Assembly (NCBI GenBank): GCA_037379345.1
Contig: CM074515.1
Location: 24,056,001-24,120,000, forward strand
Length of the DNA stretch: 64,000 bases
Direction: 5' to 3'
Origin: Perna viridis
Lineage: Eukaryota
Part shown: piece after piece, positions 14,201 through 25,500 of the stretch
How positions within the stretch are numbered: position 1 is the first letter of the stretch
Layout: each line of letters starts with the position of its first letter
Program-made: the position numbers and the translations under genes
Notes under the pieces: generated by a model
Seen by the model: only the letters and a program-made list of their open reading frames with translations
The model's database searches: none
What the model was told of the DNA's origin: nothing

Positions 14201-15732
14201 TCATGGCGAACAATAATCTAACAGTGGCCCTGATTCTTTAACCAATGCGGCCTGCCATGGTAAAACAGCTCTTGGAGAACCCAGTTTATTGTTGTAGTTT
14301 TTTACCCCACCATCGTCCAAGGTTAGGGTGAGGGTTGAGGGCTCACAAACATGTTTAACCCTGCCACATACTTTATGCGCCTGTCCCAAGCCAAGAACCT
14401 GTAGTCTAGTGTTTGTTGTTTTTTTGTATGATAATTGTTATTGGGTATACATGTATGTTTTTTTCTAAATATTAGGTCTTTCTTGTCATTTATGAATAGT
14501 TTCACTTCATATATTTTAGGTCCTTTTACAGCATGCTTTATGGTATGAGTTTTGTCCATCATTGAAGACAGTGTGATGACCAGTAGATGTTAAATTGTCC
14601 ACTGCTTGAATTTTGGTGGATGACTGTCTCACTGGCAATCATACCACATCTCCTATTTTTATACAATACAGAAACTGGAATTTTGGGATTGCTATTATTC
14701 AGGACATTCCTTCATGATCAACATGTGCCTTGCAATAGCACAACAATGTTTACAAGGCCAGAATAAGACAAAAATTTCTGAGTTGGTCCCTTGACAAAAA
14801 AAAAAGGGTTGCAATAACAGAGGAAAATAAAATAGGACTAAGGCCAAGAAAAAAATGTCTGTTTAGGCTTACAGTCCTCCCAAAAAATAGGTAGGTAGGC
14901 ATTTTCAATTAATATTTTTCATTTTATTTTTTTTCCACTAAAGTTGCACCTACATTTGTAAAATAGCATCATGTTTAAGTCATGAAAGTGTATAGTTTTA
15001 AGTAGAAAGTTTAATTTTTAACATACGCACCTATTAATCATGTCTTTTATTACAATACACTTATTTTTTGTAGGAATTTTGAACAAAATATAAGTACACT
15101 GTATTTTTAAATCTTACCTGCAAATATATTCAAACGCCATTGTGACCTGGTTTTAAACATACTTTCGGTTTTACCGGAAATGATCTATATTATACTGGAA
15201 ATTGGTCGAAATTACCGATTTTGTAAATTTTTGAGAAAAAATGTATTAAGGTCAGGAGAAAAAAATTATGGTCGGTCGGGAAACCTGAAACAGACATATT
15301 TTTATTTTTGGCCTAAATAAAATGACACACACTTTTAAGGGAAGATAAAAAAATCCGATATTATTGTACTAATGATAATGTACAAATGTTCATGTACAAA
15401 TACAATTATGAACCACACCCATTAACACTCAAGCAATTAACAGACCAGTTCTACATTTCACCCCCTTTTGTATGATCAGTACCTGGTAGACTTTTCTCAA
15501 TAAAAAAGTTATCAGAGAAGAACCATCGACAGTTGTCTAATATTCCTGTAGAAGCAGATCCACCAAGGCAGTTGATCCACAAACCACAATCGCAGTTGTT
15601 GTTTTGACACATGCACAAGTTGTCTATTTTGTTTACAAAGTGTAACCAGTTCGGCATCGCAAAACAAACTATAGTGGCTACCGTAGTGATAAGAACACAG
15701 AGAACAGCTGTAACAACAAGACAGGATGCCAT
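8212..15732 (-). CDS. Claudin/PMP22/EMP-superfamily tetraspan membrane protein, 3 coding exons (15483-15732, 10191-10334, 8212-8423), 201 aa
   Basis: Exons join in frame at GT-AG sites (CCAG|gtactg, tttcag|ATTGG, ACCT|gtgagt, tttcag|TCCTG), total 606 nt. Four hydrophobic helices. First loop has the claudin signature W...GLW..C...C (PNW...CGLWINC...NC), then DWFKAVQGLM, and YGWGFWVAVGA before TM4. Confidence 0.9.
8886..9222 (-). mobile_element. Degenerate tRNA-derived SINE
   Basis: Decayed tRNA-like head near 9222-9150 (minus strand, ending ...gagtcacaccatagactttaaaattgg) and a SINE-type tail ending in aatcaatc near 8890. Boundaries approximate. Confidence 0.45.
9435..9517 (+). ncRNA. Twister-ribozyme-like motif (type P5 permutation) in a dispersed repeat, copy A
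   Basis: P5 CAGGTT/AACCTG; P2' AGGG; TGAGGG; T|AA at 9472/9473; P2 CCCT; GC; P3 CACATA/TATGTG; P4 CCT/AGG enclosing GTCCCAAGCT (twister L4 GUCCCAAGCC). Repeat body continues to about 9650. Confidence 0.65.
12106..13513 (+). mobile_element. Non-autonomous Helitron/Helentron (pearl-like) element with internal ~165-bp tandem repeats
   Basis: Subterminal tacccccgca at 12141; near-identical units starting at 12435 and 12600 (period 165) plus diverged units; gacagacag remnant at about 13440; decayed 3' hairpin ccccaaactttgtttgtagtggtgtaaaaa. The layout matches bivalve pearl/HINE elements. Confidence 0.65.
12810..13128 (+). mobile_element. 3' end of a Penelope-like element inserted in the Helentron repeat
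   Basis: Starts with atgaaaactgatttgttcaacgtatcatag (MKTDLFNVS*), homologous to the ORF end at 46380. Followed by the shared tail ending gaatcttggttcccttgataactt. ttccaacag occurs on both sides (candidate TSD). Confidence 0.75.
14320..14400 (+). ncRNA. Twister-ribozyme-like motif (type P5), copy B; repeat body extends to about 14662
   Basis: P5 AGGTT/AACCT; AGGG-TGAGGG; T|AA at 14356/14357; CCCT; GC; P3 CACATA/TATGCG; CCT-GTCCCAAGCC-AAG. Near-identical to 9435-9517. Confidence 0.62.
14842..15313. mobile_element. PIF/Harbinger-type MITE
   Basis: taa|ggccaagaaaaaaatgtctgtttagg ... cctgaaacagacatatttttatttttggcc|taa: imperfect TIRs, GG..CC ends, 3-bp TAA duplication. Confidence 0.7.
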
Positions 15733-15817
15733 TATGCTCGTTTAAGGGACAGATAAAGACGAAAATTCCTTAATTTGTTTGTTTTACAACTTTCTTTCTG
15801 CTCTGATGCTTCAAGAA

Positions 15818-15848
15818 ACTTCCGGTCTGTACATTATGAATTCCGGTT
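15818..15848 (-). promoter_or_regulatory. Paired ETS-type motifs upstream of the claudin-like gene
   Basis: ACCGGAAGT (15818-15826) and AACCGGAATT (15839-15848) on the minus strand, about 90-115 bp upstream of the ATG, near where CpG content recovers. Confidence 0.45.
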
Positions 15849-18269
15849 ATAGTCTATTTTTCAAACCCTCAAAGGTAAAGATAAGATATATATTCAATGC
15901 AAAATTCTCGTAGGAAAAATAAATTTTGAATTTTTTCAATCTCGGAGGTAAGAACGAAAAATAATTGTATGGGAATCGTAGTACAGAACGACATGAATAA
16001 AATGGCAAGTTTTTGAAAGGAACCGTCGAGTAATTACAAAAATAAACGCAAAAAAACGCAAACAATCTGAGGTGACTTGGACTATAGTCTGCTTCATAAT
16101 TATTGTAATTGAATTTTTTTTTCTATTTGTCAAACAAAATAATGATAAGAATATGATTATCCACCTCGCTTGGACCTTTTATTTAGATTTCTCCACGCCA
16201 CTTTAAGTTCACTTGTTAAATAATTCATTTTAGACTGTGAGAGACGCAGAATCTATATTTGACTCTAAAGTCATTTTAAAGCTGCTTTGGCTGCTTCGAT
16301 TCTACTGATTTTTGCTGAATAAGTTTGTAGTAATGCAATTAAAGTAATAAAAGTCGATAATACCTATAAAATATTGTGAAACCATTTTAATCAAAGAAGA
16401 TAGATAGCTCCAATCTAATTATGTTTTGCCATTACTTCCGAAGATTGCCGACAAGATAACGGATAAACATGTAAGCACATATCTTGTTTTCATTTCATTT
16501 TGTCTATTTCTTATTTAGTTTTCAAATAAATAATGACAATTACTGACACATTTGTGCCGTATTATATCACTATACGTAAATTACAAAAGGATCTTTGCGT
16601 TATATTCGAATTTTTTTCTTTTACGACTTGAGTCCGTAAAAGAAAAGGGTCGTCCTTGCCGTTGATTAAACACTTTCGCTTTGCAATAAATTTAAAAAAA
16701 AAAAAAATCGACCCTTAAGGCACATGCGCGGATTAATGTCACCAGAAGTTACATGTATACGAATTTTCTCGAGGTTGACTTTTTGTTTTTTGCTTGCATA
16801 AGAACGGAAAGTTAACATTAAAGATGAAATGATCGGTTAGCATTAATCTAATATTACTCAGTCTCCGACTCGAACACAGGGGCTCGTTACAAGTGACTAT
16901 AGGCTAGAAACCACTAATTCCACTTCCCATAGGCTTCTATGCTAATTTCACAATATTCAATGGCTTTTCTGGACTTTACCTTAACTTTCACCTGCAAAGG
17001 ACTACATATCATCATGATTCTACATATGTCAGCTCACAATCCTCAGAATGGCATGTGGGGTTAGCAGACTTGCAGTGCAGTACTGGTCACCGGAAGTGAA
17101 GGGTCTATAAATAGCATGGGGAATCCCAGTGTTTTCACAAGATAGGGGTATATTTAGAAATCATTATGGAGATTAGGCTTCACATCACAAGAAGCAAAAT
17201 GCACCTATAAAATGTACAGAAATGTTTTTTCTTTCAGAAACTGTTTAAATTTTGTAAATAAGATGAGAACTTTTTTCACAGCACTATGAGGAACAGGGGT
17301 AATTTCTGCGTAGGACTATTTTCCAAATGCTCATTGGTTGAATTGGTGGTCTGTAACCTATTTAGGTCATAAACATTATCAGGGTCCCGATATCTATATA
17401 TAGTCATTGCCAGTTTTTAATTTAATTTGGTTCCTAATCTGGTCCCCTGGTCAATATCACAAGCAATCCAAATATTGCTAAAGAATTGAGAAAAACTTGT
17501 GGAACGAAAACATTACCCGCACTTCCTTATAACCAGTTGTTTTGATTGAGAAGCATTCTGGCCATCAGGGTTACGAAAGAGTAATTATATCAAGGTTACA
17601 CTCATATACTGATTTTGTTCACTCGGATAGTAACCTATACAGAGATGGGGACAGTATCAGAGAAAACTTGAAGACCCTGAAAAACCAATATGTTCAATCA
17701 AACAGGAAGACATACATCTATTTGAGATCCTTCCATTGTATTACCGTTACATTTTGCATTTTCTACAAGCTTAGATATATATAAAAATCATCGTGCTCAT
17801 TATTAACAATCTTTTGTTGCTTTAGTACCATATAAAATTCAGACTGTCAATGGTAGAGATCATTCATGATGCAGAAAAACCCACCTAACAAACAATAATT
17901 TTGCGTTCAATATAATAATTATACATACACTTTATTTTTATGTAATTATCAAATTCCTGCATATAAATCTGTATTTTGGAGAAAACCGTACATTTATCTC
18001 CCTTTTAATCAAACAAATAATACTAAAAAAAACAACTACTCTTTCAAGACTGCCAATTTCAACCTATATACATAAATATATATCAAAAAGCAAAAATACA
18101 ACGGAATGACAAACTAAGGCTGATCATGAATTAGAAAATATATCATGTGTACGTCGGAGTTGCCATTGAAGTTTCTCATTTGATGTACTGTGAAAGTGTA
18201 CCCTATTATTTCACAGTGAGCGTCGAAACATATCCAAATACATAAACGGTAAAGGCCATACCAGTGGCT

Positions 18270-20000
18270 GATTGGGGTGGGGGAGGGGATATTTAAGTGA
18301 ACCAAGATTCGAAGCGGCATAGAGCCTTACTATACAGATTACAACAATACGGTATAACTTGACGTCTTTTGCGATGGTTTAGTAGTTATATGTATGACCG
18401 ACATCAGTGAGTTGTTTTAAACGGTTGCTTTTCTAGTTGGAAGCCAGTGAGAGCTGGAGTTCCGCAAGGATCTATACTCGGTCCTTTATTATTTATTGTT
18501 TTATTAACGACATCGATGCTTGTATTAAATTATTCGCCGACGACACTAGTCTTTATGTCATAGTAGAGACGCCAGATATTGCAACTCGAACATTGAATAG
18601 TGATATGGAAAAAATCCACCAATGGGCTATGGTTGCAATGGTTGGTGCGATTTAATCCTCATAAAACGGAAGCGATGTTGATAACACGTAAAAATGCAAG
18701 ACAGGACCACACTCTTTTACAGATGAATGATTCTGTTCTTCAAGAGGTCATTAGTCACAAACATCTTGGTATCTACTTCTCTGACACGGTTCCTGGCATG
18801 ATCATGATTATATCATTAAAAAGGCATACACTAGGATAAATATCCTGTGACGTGTGCGATTGGTTCTTGATCGTTGTACACTAGAAAAAATATATATGTC
18901 GTTTATCAGACCGATCTTAGAATACGGAGACGTTGTGTAGGATAACAGTTTACAAATCTTGATTAACAAGATCAAGGGAGTCCAAGTAAAAGCCATGCGA
19001 ATTGTTACAGGTGGTACCAAATTAGCTTCGTTGGACGAGCTATATCACGAAACCGACTGGGAAAAACTCTCCGTTAGGAAGAAAAATCATAAACTTGTGA
19101 TGATGAATATGAAGGTTAATGGTGATATCCTCGAGTATTTGAGTACCCTGGTGCAAAATGCGCCGACTAACATCCATGACCACTTTACCCGCCAATCACA
19201 TGTATCTTAACCGAGTTACGTACTAGGACGTCATTATTCTCTAATTATTTTCTGCCGTCCACTATCAAAATGTGCAACGACCTTGCAGTCACCACTCGTG
19301 ATTCTAGGTCTTTGAATATATTCAAAACGCGTGTTTAATATTTCGAACGATTGTAAAAAACCTATGAACTATAATATTGGTAGTAGATCCGGTCAGGTCT
19401 TGCACGCCAGATTGCACATGGACAGCAACTCCCTCAATGAGCATCTGTACAAGCGAGGTCTGGATTGCTAGTCCGATCTGCATCTACGGACAAAGAGAAA
19501 CAAACAGCCACTTCTTACTTGAATGTAACAATTGCTCAGAGATTCGACGTAACACTATACATACTTTGAATTTTCATATCGATATTGACATTCTTCTCAA
19601 AGGGTGTGATGCTCTAACTTTAGAACAAAATACATTCATTCGTAAAGGTGCAAACTTACATTTTAAAAAGTAAACGTTTTTGTCAATACTTAATTGTATA
19701 TATACATATATCTCTTTGTATTGTTTGTTATCTTCTGTGCATTTCAACTTCTCAATATCCTTTTTGTATACTTTCCTATCTATCTCTCTTCAATTTAATA
19801 CACATTCCATATTCAACCCTTACATCTTCAATAGATAGCTGCATCGAAGATACATATATAAGAGCATGCTATTATTGTCTTATGATAGTTCGTTGTTTTT
19901 TAGGAGACGGATTAGCATTAGCATCAGCTTGTTTCCGAATCATTGTGTTGTATTATAATATATTGATGTATTCTTTGAAATAAAATATGTTTAAACTAAA
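18270..20000 (+). mobile_element. 5'-truncated, frameshifted CR1/L2-clade LINE (RT and C-terminal region)
   Basis: Across frames: [65 protein letters not shown]-terminal C..G.RET.SHFLLEC. 3' end aaataaaatatgtttaaactaaa. Confidence 0.88.
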
Positions 20001-20009
20001 AGAATATAT

Positions 20010-20870
20010 ACCAAGGATAACGACTTCACAGTCAACAAAGAACATGAAACAACGAAACAACCAAAATTGCATGTACAAAAAAGCAAAAGTAAATGGGCGC
20101 CCGGACTCCATTAAAACAGGGGGCACGGACCCGTAGGGTAAGTGTCCTCTGATTTTCTAGAAAAACCCGACTATTGTATTAACGTCCGGGATAGATGGAT
20201 GAGGAAAATACTATGTACATGTATGACACGATGAACTTGAAATCGGCGCATTTCGATGGATACACCATAACGATCTACGAGTTGATGGTGACCACCATGA
20301 TGACTCTAATTTTATAGCAACACAACGTTGTTCCAAATGCCTACTTGTGAGAAGTTTAGAACGGTACAAAAAGTCCGCATAGTTTCGGCAGGCTCTTGCA
20401 TAACGTATGAGTTGCTATTTACTCCATACACAGTTGCTACAGATGAAAAAATAGTTGACAATACGGAATGAGACAAAATCTTCGCGTTTGTCGTACAGTT
20501 TAGTGTATTGAGTTTTCCTTTTCAATCGATCCCTATAAGAGTATAGGTCAAGATACGAAGCTGACTTCAAAGTGTCCTTGGTGTCACTTTTCTCGAGTAC
20601 TTTGGGGCAGATGCGATGTATAAAAATCCCGAAACTAAGATAGTTTAAAGACAACATTTCAACTATATAGCTGAAAACAGATCAAAGGGTCTGACTAAAC
20701 GATAGTCCTTAAGCTTTTGGATAAGATCAGTGTTATAAAAGTTGAGGAAAAGGTCAGCGAGCAGCTGAGCACAATCAATTTGTTCCCCTAGGAATGCGAC
20801 CACCTGTTCAAAACACGCCCACCACACTTGAGAACTGTTTTGTTGGAAAATTTAGTATATTTCGTGCAAA
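20010..20870 (-). mobile_element. Degenerate Penelope-like element (RT C-terminal half plus 3' tail)
   Basis: Minus-strand CGGRVL..., LSLN..FG..IHRI.PK, DT.KSASYLDL, TKLYDKREDF..FRIVN, followed by the shared tail (20010-20230). Homologous to 45290-46533. Confidence 0.8.
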
Positions 20871-21780
20871 CATTTGGGAAAATGAACAAATAATACCTTG
20901 GAACCTTCCTTATTTTTTGAAACCCATCTGGACCTCGGCCCGTTTTAATATCTCTGTATCCACTACTGCCTATAGCGTGATGTATACAGTTACAAGCCTC
21001 GCATTTTGTGCTTTCTCTAAGCCGCATACATGTAAGTAATCAGGTTGTATTTTTCTACAATATCTTAAAGTTGTTTTAAACCCTCGGATTATCAATTTGT
21101 GAAGGCATTCTATCTTCCCCAATCCTAATCTTTTCATCTTTTGTCATTTTCGGGAGCTGAATGCGTAAAATATTGTGAGGAAATTGAGTTGCAAGTGTGT
21201 AAATCAGGTTTAAGCATGTATTTTCTACCACAAGACAATTAAAGTGTGGTATTTGTAAAAGTCTTAAACTTTATACCATTTTATCATGGGTACTATGAAG
21301 AGATTCACTATTCGTAGAGCGTATTGATTATACAGTCAAGTTCCGTAGAAACTAAGATGAAATCGTACGGGTGAACATGTCTGCTAGTATGCTTCATCTA
21401 TATATGAATAAGAAAAGACGCCCACTTCTGTCTAGAGAGCTACCCGTAGAAGACATTAAACAGTCAGGTGACTGCGGTAAAATATGTTTGGCCAATTTGT
21501 TATGTTTTCACATTGATCCTTGACTGATTTGATAAAACGGATATTAAAATGGCTATCACTTTTATGTCATTTAGATTGAAAAACGTATGATCTGTTCATT
21601 GTAATAGTCATATAATACTGAAGACTGGACAACTACTATTTAACATAGTGCCATCCATCGAACGTATACCTTGAAAAGTACACTATAGACTATATAAACG
21701 TCTCAGAATGTGACGACTCTATTCGCTACACTGGCTCCATCGGATCATATTGATACAGGGCAAATAACGTCAACTTATAG

Positions 21781-21938
21781 AAGGGTCTGAAAAATTCCCA
21801 ACGATGTTAGAACTGTCAAATTTGCGATGCAAATTTTTGGTCGTCCCCTCCGTGGGACTCGAGCTCGTACCGTTGTGACATCTATGGCAACACCGCCTGC
21901 ACTAAGTCCAGCGCCCTAGACCACTCGACCATATAGGC
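21781..21938 (-). mobile_element. tRNA(Leu-like)-derived SINE
   Basis: Minus strand gcctatatggtcgagtggtctagggcgctggactt (A box) ... gagctcgagtccc (B-box-like), tail ...gttgggaatttttcagaccctt. Further copies at 21979-22053, 22952-23028 and 51788-51935. Confidence 0.8.
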
Positions 21939-21978
21939 TATATAGCCTAGCAACATTTGTATATATATATTTTTTTTT

Positions 21979-22053
21979 CCACGGAGGGAACGACAAAATA
22001 TTTGCATCGCAAATTTGACAGTTCTAATATCGTTGGGAATTTTTCAGAGCCTT
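21979..22053 (+). mobile_element. 3' half of the same SINE, inverted relative to 21781-21855
   Basis: ccacggagggaacgacaaaatatttgcatcgcaaatttgacagttctaatatcgttgggaatttttcagagcctt followed by a TA-rich tail. Confidence 0.8.
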
Positions 22054-22543
22054 ATATATATGTGTATATGTATAGATGATAACATTGAATAATAAGACAA
22101 ATGGCAACTGAGACATTTTATCTCTTTCAAACTGACATTTTCGTACATAATAAATGGTCACTGCATGATATTAAATGACACATCGAAGTTCGCAAAATGG
22201 AAAATATAATCACTAATCCAATCTCCAAGATAGAAATTCTAATGTACAAGATAGATATGAATGAGCTACGTGTACATAACCGCTAATTTGAAGCTATTAT
22301 ATGCTGCCTCCTATATTGATTGATTGATTTGTGCCTTTAATGCTTGTCTATTTGTGTGCATGTTTATCGGGCAGATCTAAGTCTTCGTAATTCAGGTACA
22401 TCTTCAGCTTAAGGCAATAAATCATACGTTTTTAGGCTTTATACGTTTTTTACTCGAACCAGAAAAAAATTGTATGTAGCTGAATTCGTGACCTAGACTC
22501 GCCCAGAATGATTCAAAATATGTAATAAATGAAGTGACATTTT

Positions 22544-25500
22544 TTAAGCACAATTGGCATCATTAAATGTTCGACGGTCTCTGATTCTTGGAATTCGTTC
22601 GTAGGTCAAAGAACCACCATCTGTTGTAGATGTTTCCTCCCAAGGATCAACAGGAGGTGGTGGTAGGGGTAGCTGGTCAATCTCCTCCAATGATGTCAAA
22701 CTCTTCGACTTTGTCACTACTTCCATATCAACATAACGTTTTATCCTGTAACAGTGCAGTAAGAATATGCAACGTAATTGGATAGCAATATAATTCCCCC
22801 CCTAGAAAGCAATGCAATGTCAGCGTGCAATAAATTTCCGTATTGCAGTAGTGCAAATGTAAAAAAAATTGCGACGTTATCCGTGACAAAAGTTCATTTA
22901 AACAAGACTAAAATATATTGCCATACAATAAAAGGTTTATTGCATGAATACTCCACGGGACTCAAACTCGTACCGCTGTGATATCTATGGCAACGCCGCC
23001 TGCACAAAGTCCAGCGCCCTAGACCACTTTCTCTCTATATATATATCCACTTTTGTTATCATATCAAAAGATAAAGGACGCATATCATGTGTTTAATCTG
23101 ATATTACATGTATGTCTACATCGCTTTTTTAACAAAAAGTAGAACTTGTTGTACGAATTCCAGAAAGATAAAAATAGACAAAGTATATCTGATATATATA
23201 GTGATACAGAGTGACTCATAAGGAAAATTTCTAACCAAGATCTAAAAAATGACGCCGAATGTACTGATTTTTTTGTGTACACGTGTCACTGTATAAATAT
23301 TCAAGTATTTACTTTCAATAACATCATAAACGCACATAAACGTATTACCAATTGAATGCACTTTTCTTTGCCAAAATGTTCTGCTAATATCTTCCAGAAA
23401 TGTTGCCAACAACCAGAGGATTACTTTGAATGACGTTGTTGTGCCGATTTATTGTTTTTTTTTTTTTATAGTTTATCCCTATTTTTTTCAAATTTGAAAT
23501 GTAAAATTCAAGTGAAGCGGAAAATAGTGAATCAATTTCAATTTCTTAAACTTCATGCAGGTGCAGATAGGTCTGGAAAACAAATAAATAACTTTGAATA
23601 GCCTTCAGTTTATCAATCCATTTATTTCAACTATGTACTCATGGTCAAAGTGTATAACTTGTGCATATTAGGTCTATGCACATCAATCCATTATAATGTC
23701 AGAAGAATGGAGGAAAAGAACTTACAATAAAGGTTGACTATACCGATGCGATTGAGGTGGTGATTGTTCTGGAAGTTTTCCTGCAAAAAATACAAAGGAA
23801 ATTTTTTTGGATTGCTACTCCAGCGTCTTTGTGATGCCGCTGTGAACTCGGAGATCTCAGACATCGTTTTCTAAAATTTTGATACAGGCCAGGCTAACCT
23901 CGATGTACTATACACAGTATATCTGTATATGTAATATATATTATCTGTTGTTTTTTTATTGCTTCTACTTAAAATTATAGGTGGCAAGCAAGCAACCGGA
24001 CTCAAGACCCTTTTAACAAAATTTAAAATATATCTGTATATATGTGCATGTACATACTGCGTATTGTGTTGTCCTACTTCAAGTGTATATGTGTATGTAT
24101 TGCAGCCAGAAACGAGGCGATTGAAACAATCATGCATTTTAGACAAACAAGGTAAAATACCCAAGCACGTGCAAGATAGCATACAATAAATATATTGTAT
24201 TGATGCTTAGGGTTTGGAAAGGAACTTATAACGAAAAGTGTCGTTAATTTAGAAATATCTAGATTAAATATTGCTTACTTGGTTGCTTTCGACATTTCAG
24301 ACAAATAACACAGCAGATTACAGACAAGACAACTACGGCCGCGGAAACCACAATACACACCATCAACAAGTTATCTGTTAATGTTATTTCTGAAAAAAGA
24401 TAATGTTTAAAATTAATGCCAACCTAGAGCTCCTGTTGCATTTAAGCAATTGCAAACGGTTGTGATCAGGTGGCGTTGAATGGGGGAAAATGCATTCAGT
24501 TTCGATCATTCGTTGTGACTCGCTTTTTCAAAATGCTTCGAATATTAATCGTATGTAATTATATTATCACTGGCTGTTCTAACTACCTTTTATAATTGTT
24601 TTAAGCTTTTTTATTACGTTAACATTAACATTCAGTGGCAAAATGAACAGTTTTGGCAGCATAGTGTGAGTTTTGAACCATATTCATTAATGAGCATCTC
24701 GTCCATACTTTGATTACATTCATTACATAGGTATATCAATTCCAATTAACCTAATGATGAAAAACAAATTTCCAGTTTAATAGGGCATCAACCATTTTTA
24801 TACTGAGGGAGTGGGGGTTGGGTACTGAGATTATTTTGAAAAAAATAAGAATTTAGCACAAAAATGATTATTCAATATATCTCTCATTACTTAACAATGT
24901 AGATTTTCAAATACTTTTTTTAGCTCCATCTGTAGCTGAAGAAAACAACAATTTTTGCACTTGTACGAAGAACAAATGTTACTCCGCATAAAATCCCAGC
25001 CCCCTCCTTTGAGAAGAAAATAAGCTGTACCTAGCTTGCGATAAGTTAACACATGTGCTCAAAAAGAAACCAGAGGATATAAGCAATTTAAATCACCCAC
25101 CTGGGTCTCACGTATCCATAAATCAATAATGTTAGAACATCAACGCAAACAAAGAAAGGGCAATTTCACCTATACGGACTCATCTTACGACTACGACCAA
25201 GTGATGAAAGTTATTGAACACTTGATGCTGCATATAAAACCTCTTCTAGTCATACACATATGCCCAACCACACAGAATTCACACCCAATTTCTACATTGT
25301 ACTACAGCAGGGGCCTAGAAATTCCGAAAAGTGTCGGCGATGGCAGGAAGAATGGGTCAGCTTCAAAGATTTTCAGTTTTTCTATATAATCAAATATTAC
25401 GAGCATAAAAGAGGGACGGTGCCTCATGCTCACCTATTTTCTACTTATACATGTAACCATGTCAGCCGTTTTGGTTTGATTACAAATGTGACGATACAAC

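Noticed and set aside
21618-21668. ctgaaga...tccatcgaacgt as a hammerhead
   Set aside because: GAAA box incomplete, and stems I and III do not form.
21781-21938. tRNA gene
   Set aside because: A/B boxes are present but there is no acceptor stem or anticodon arm; multi-copy with a shared tail, so it is a SINE.
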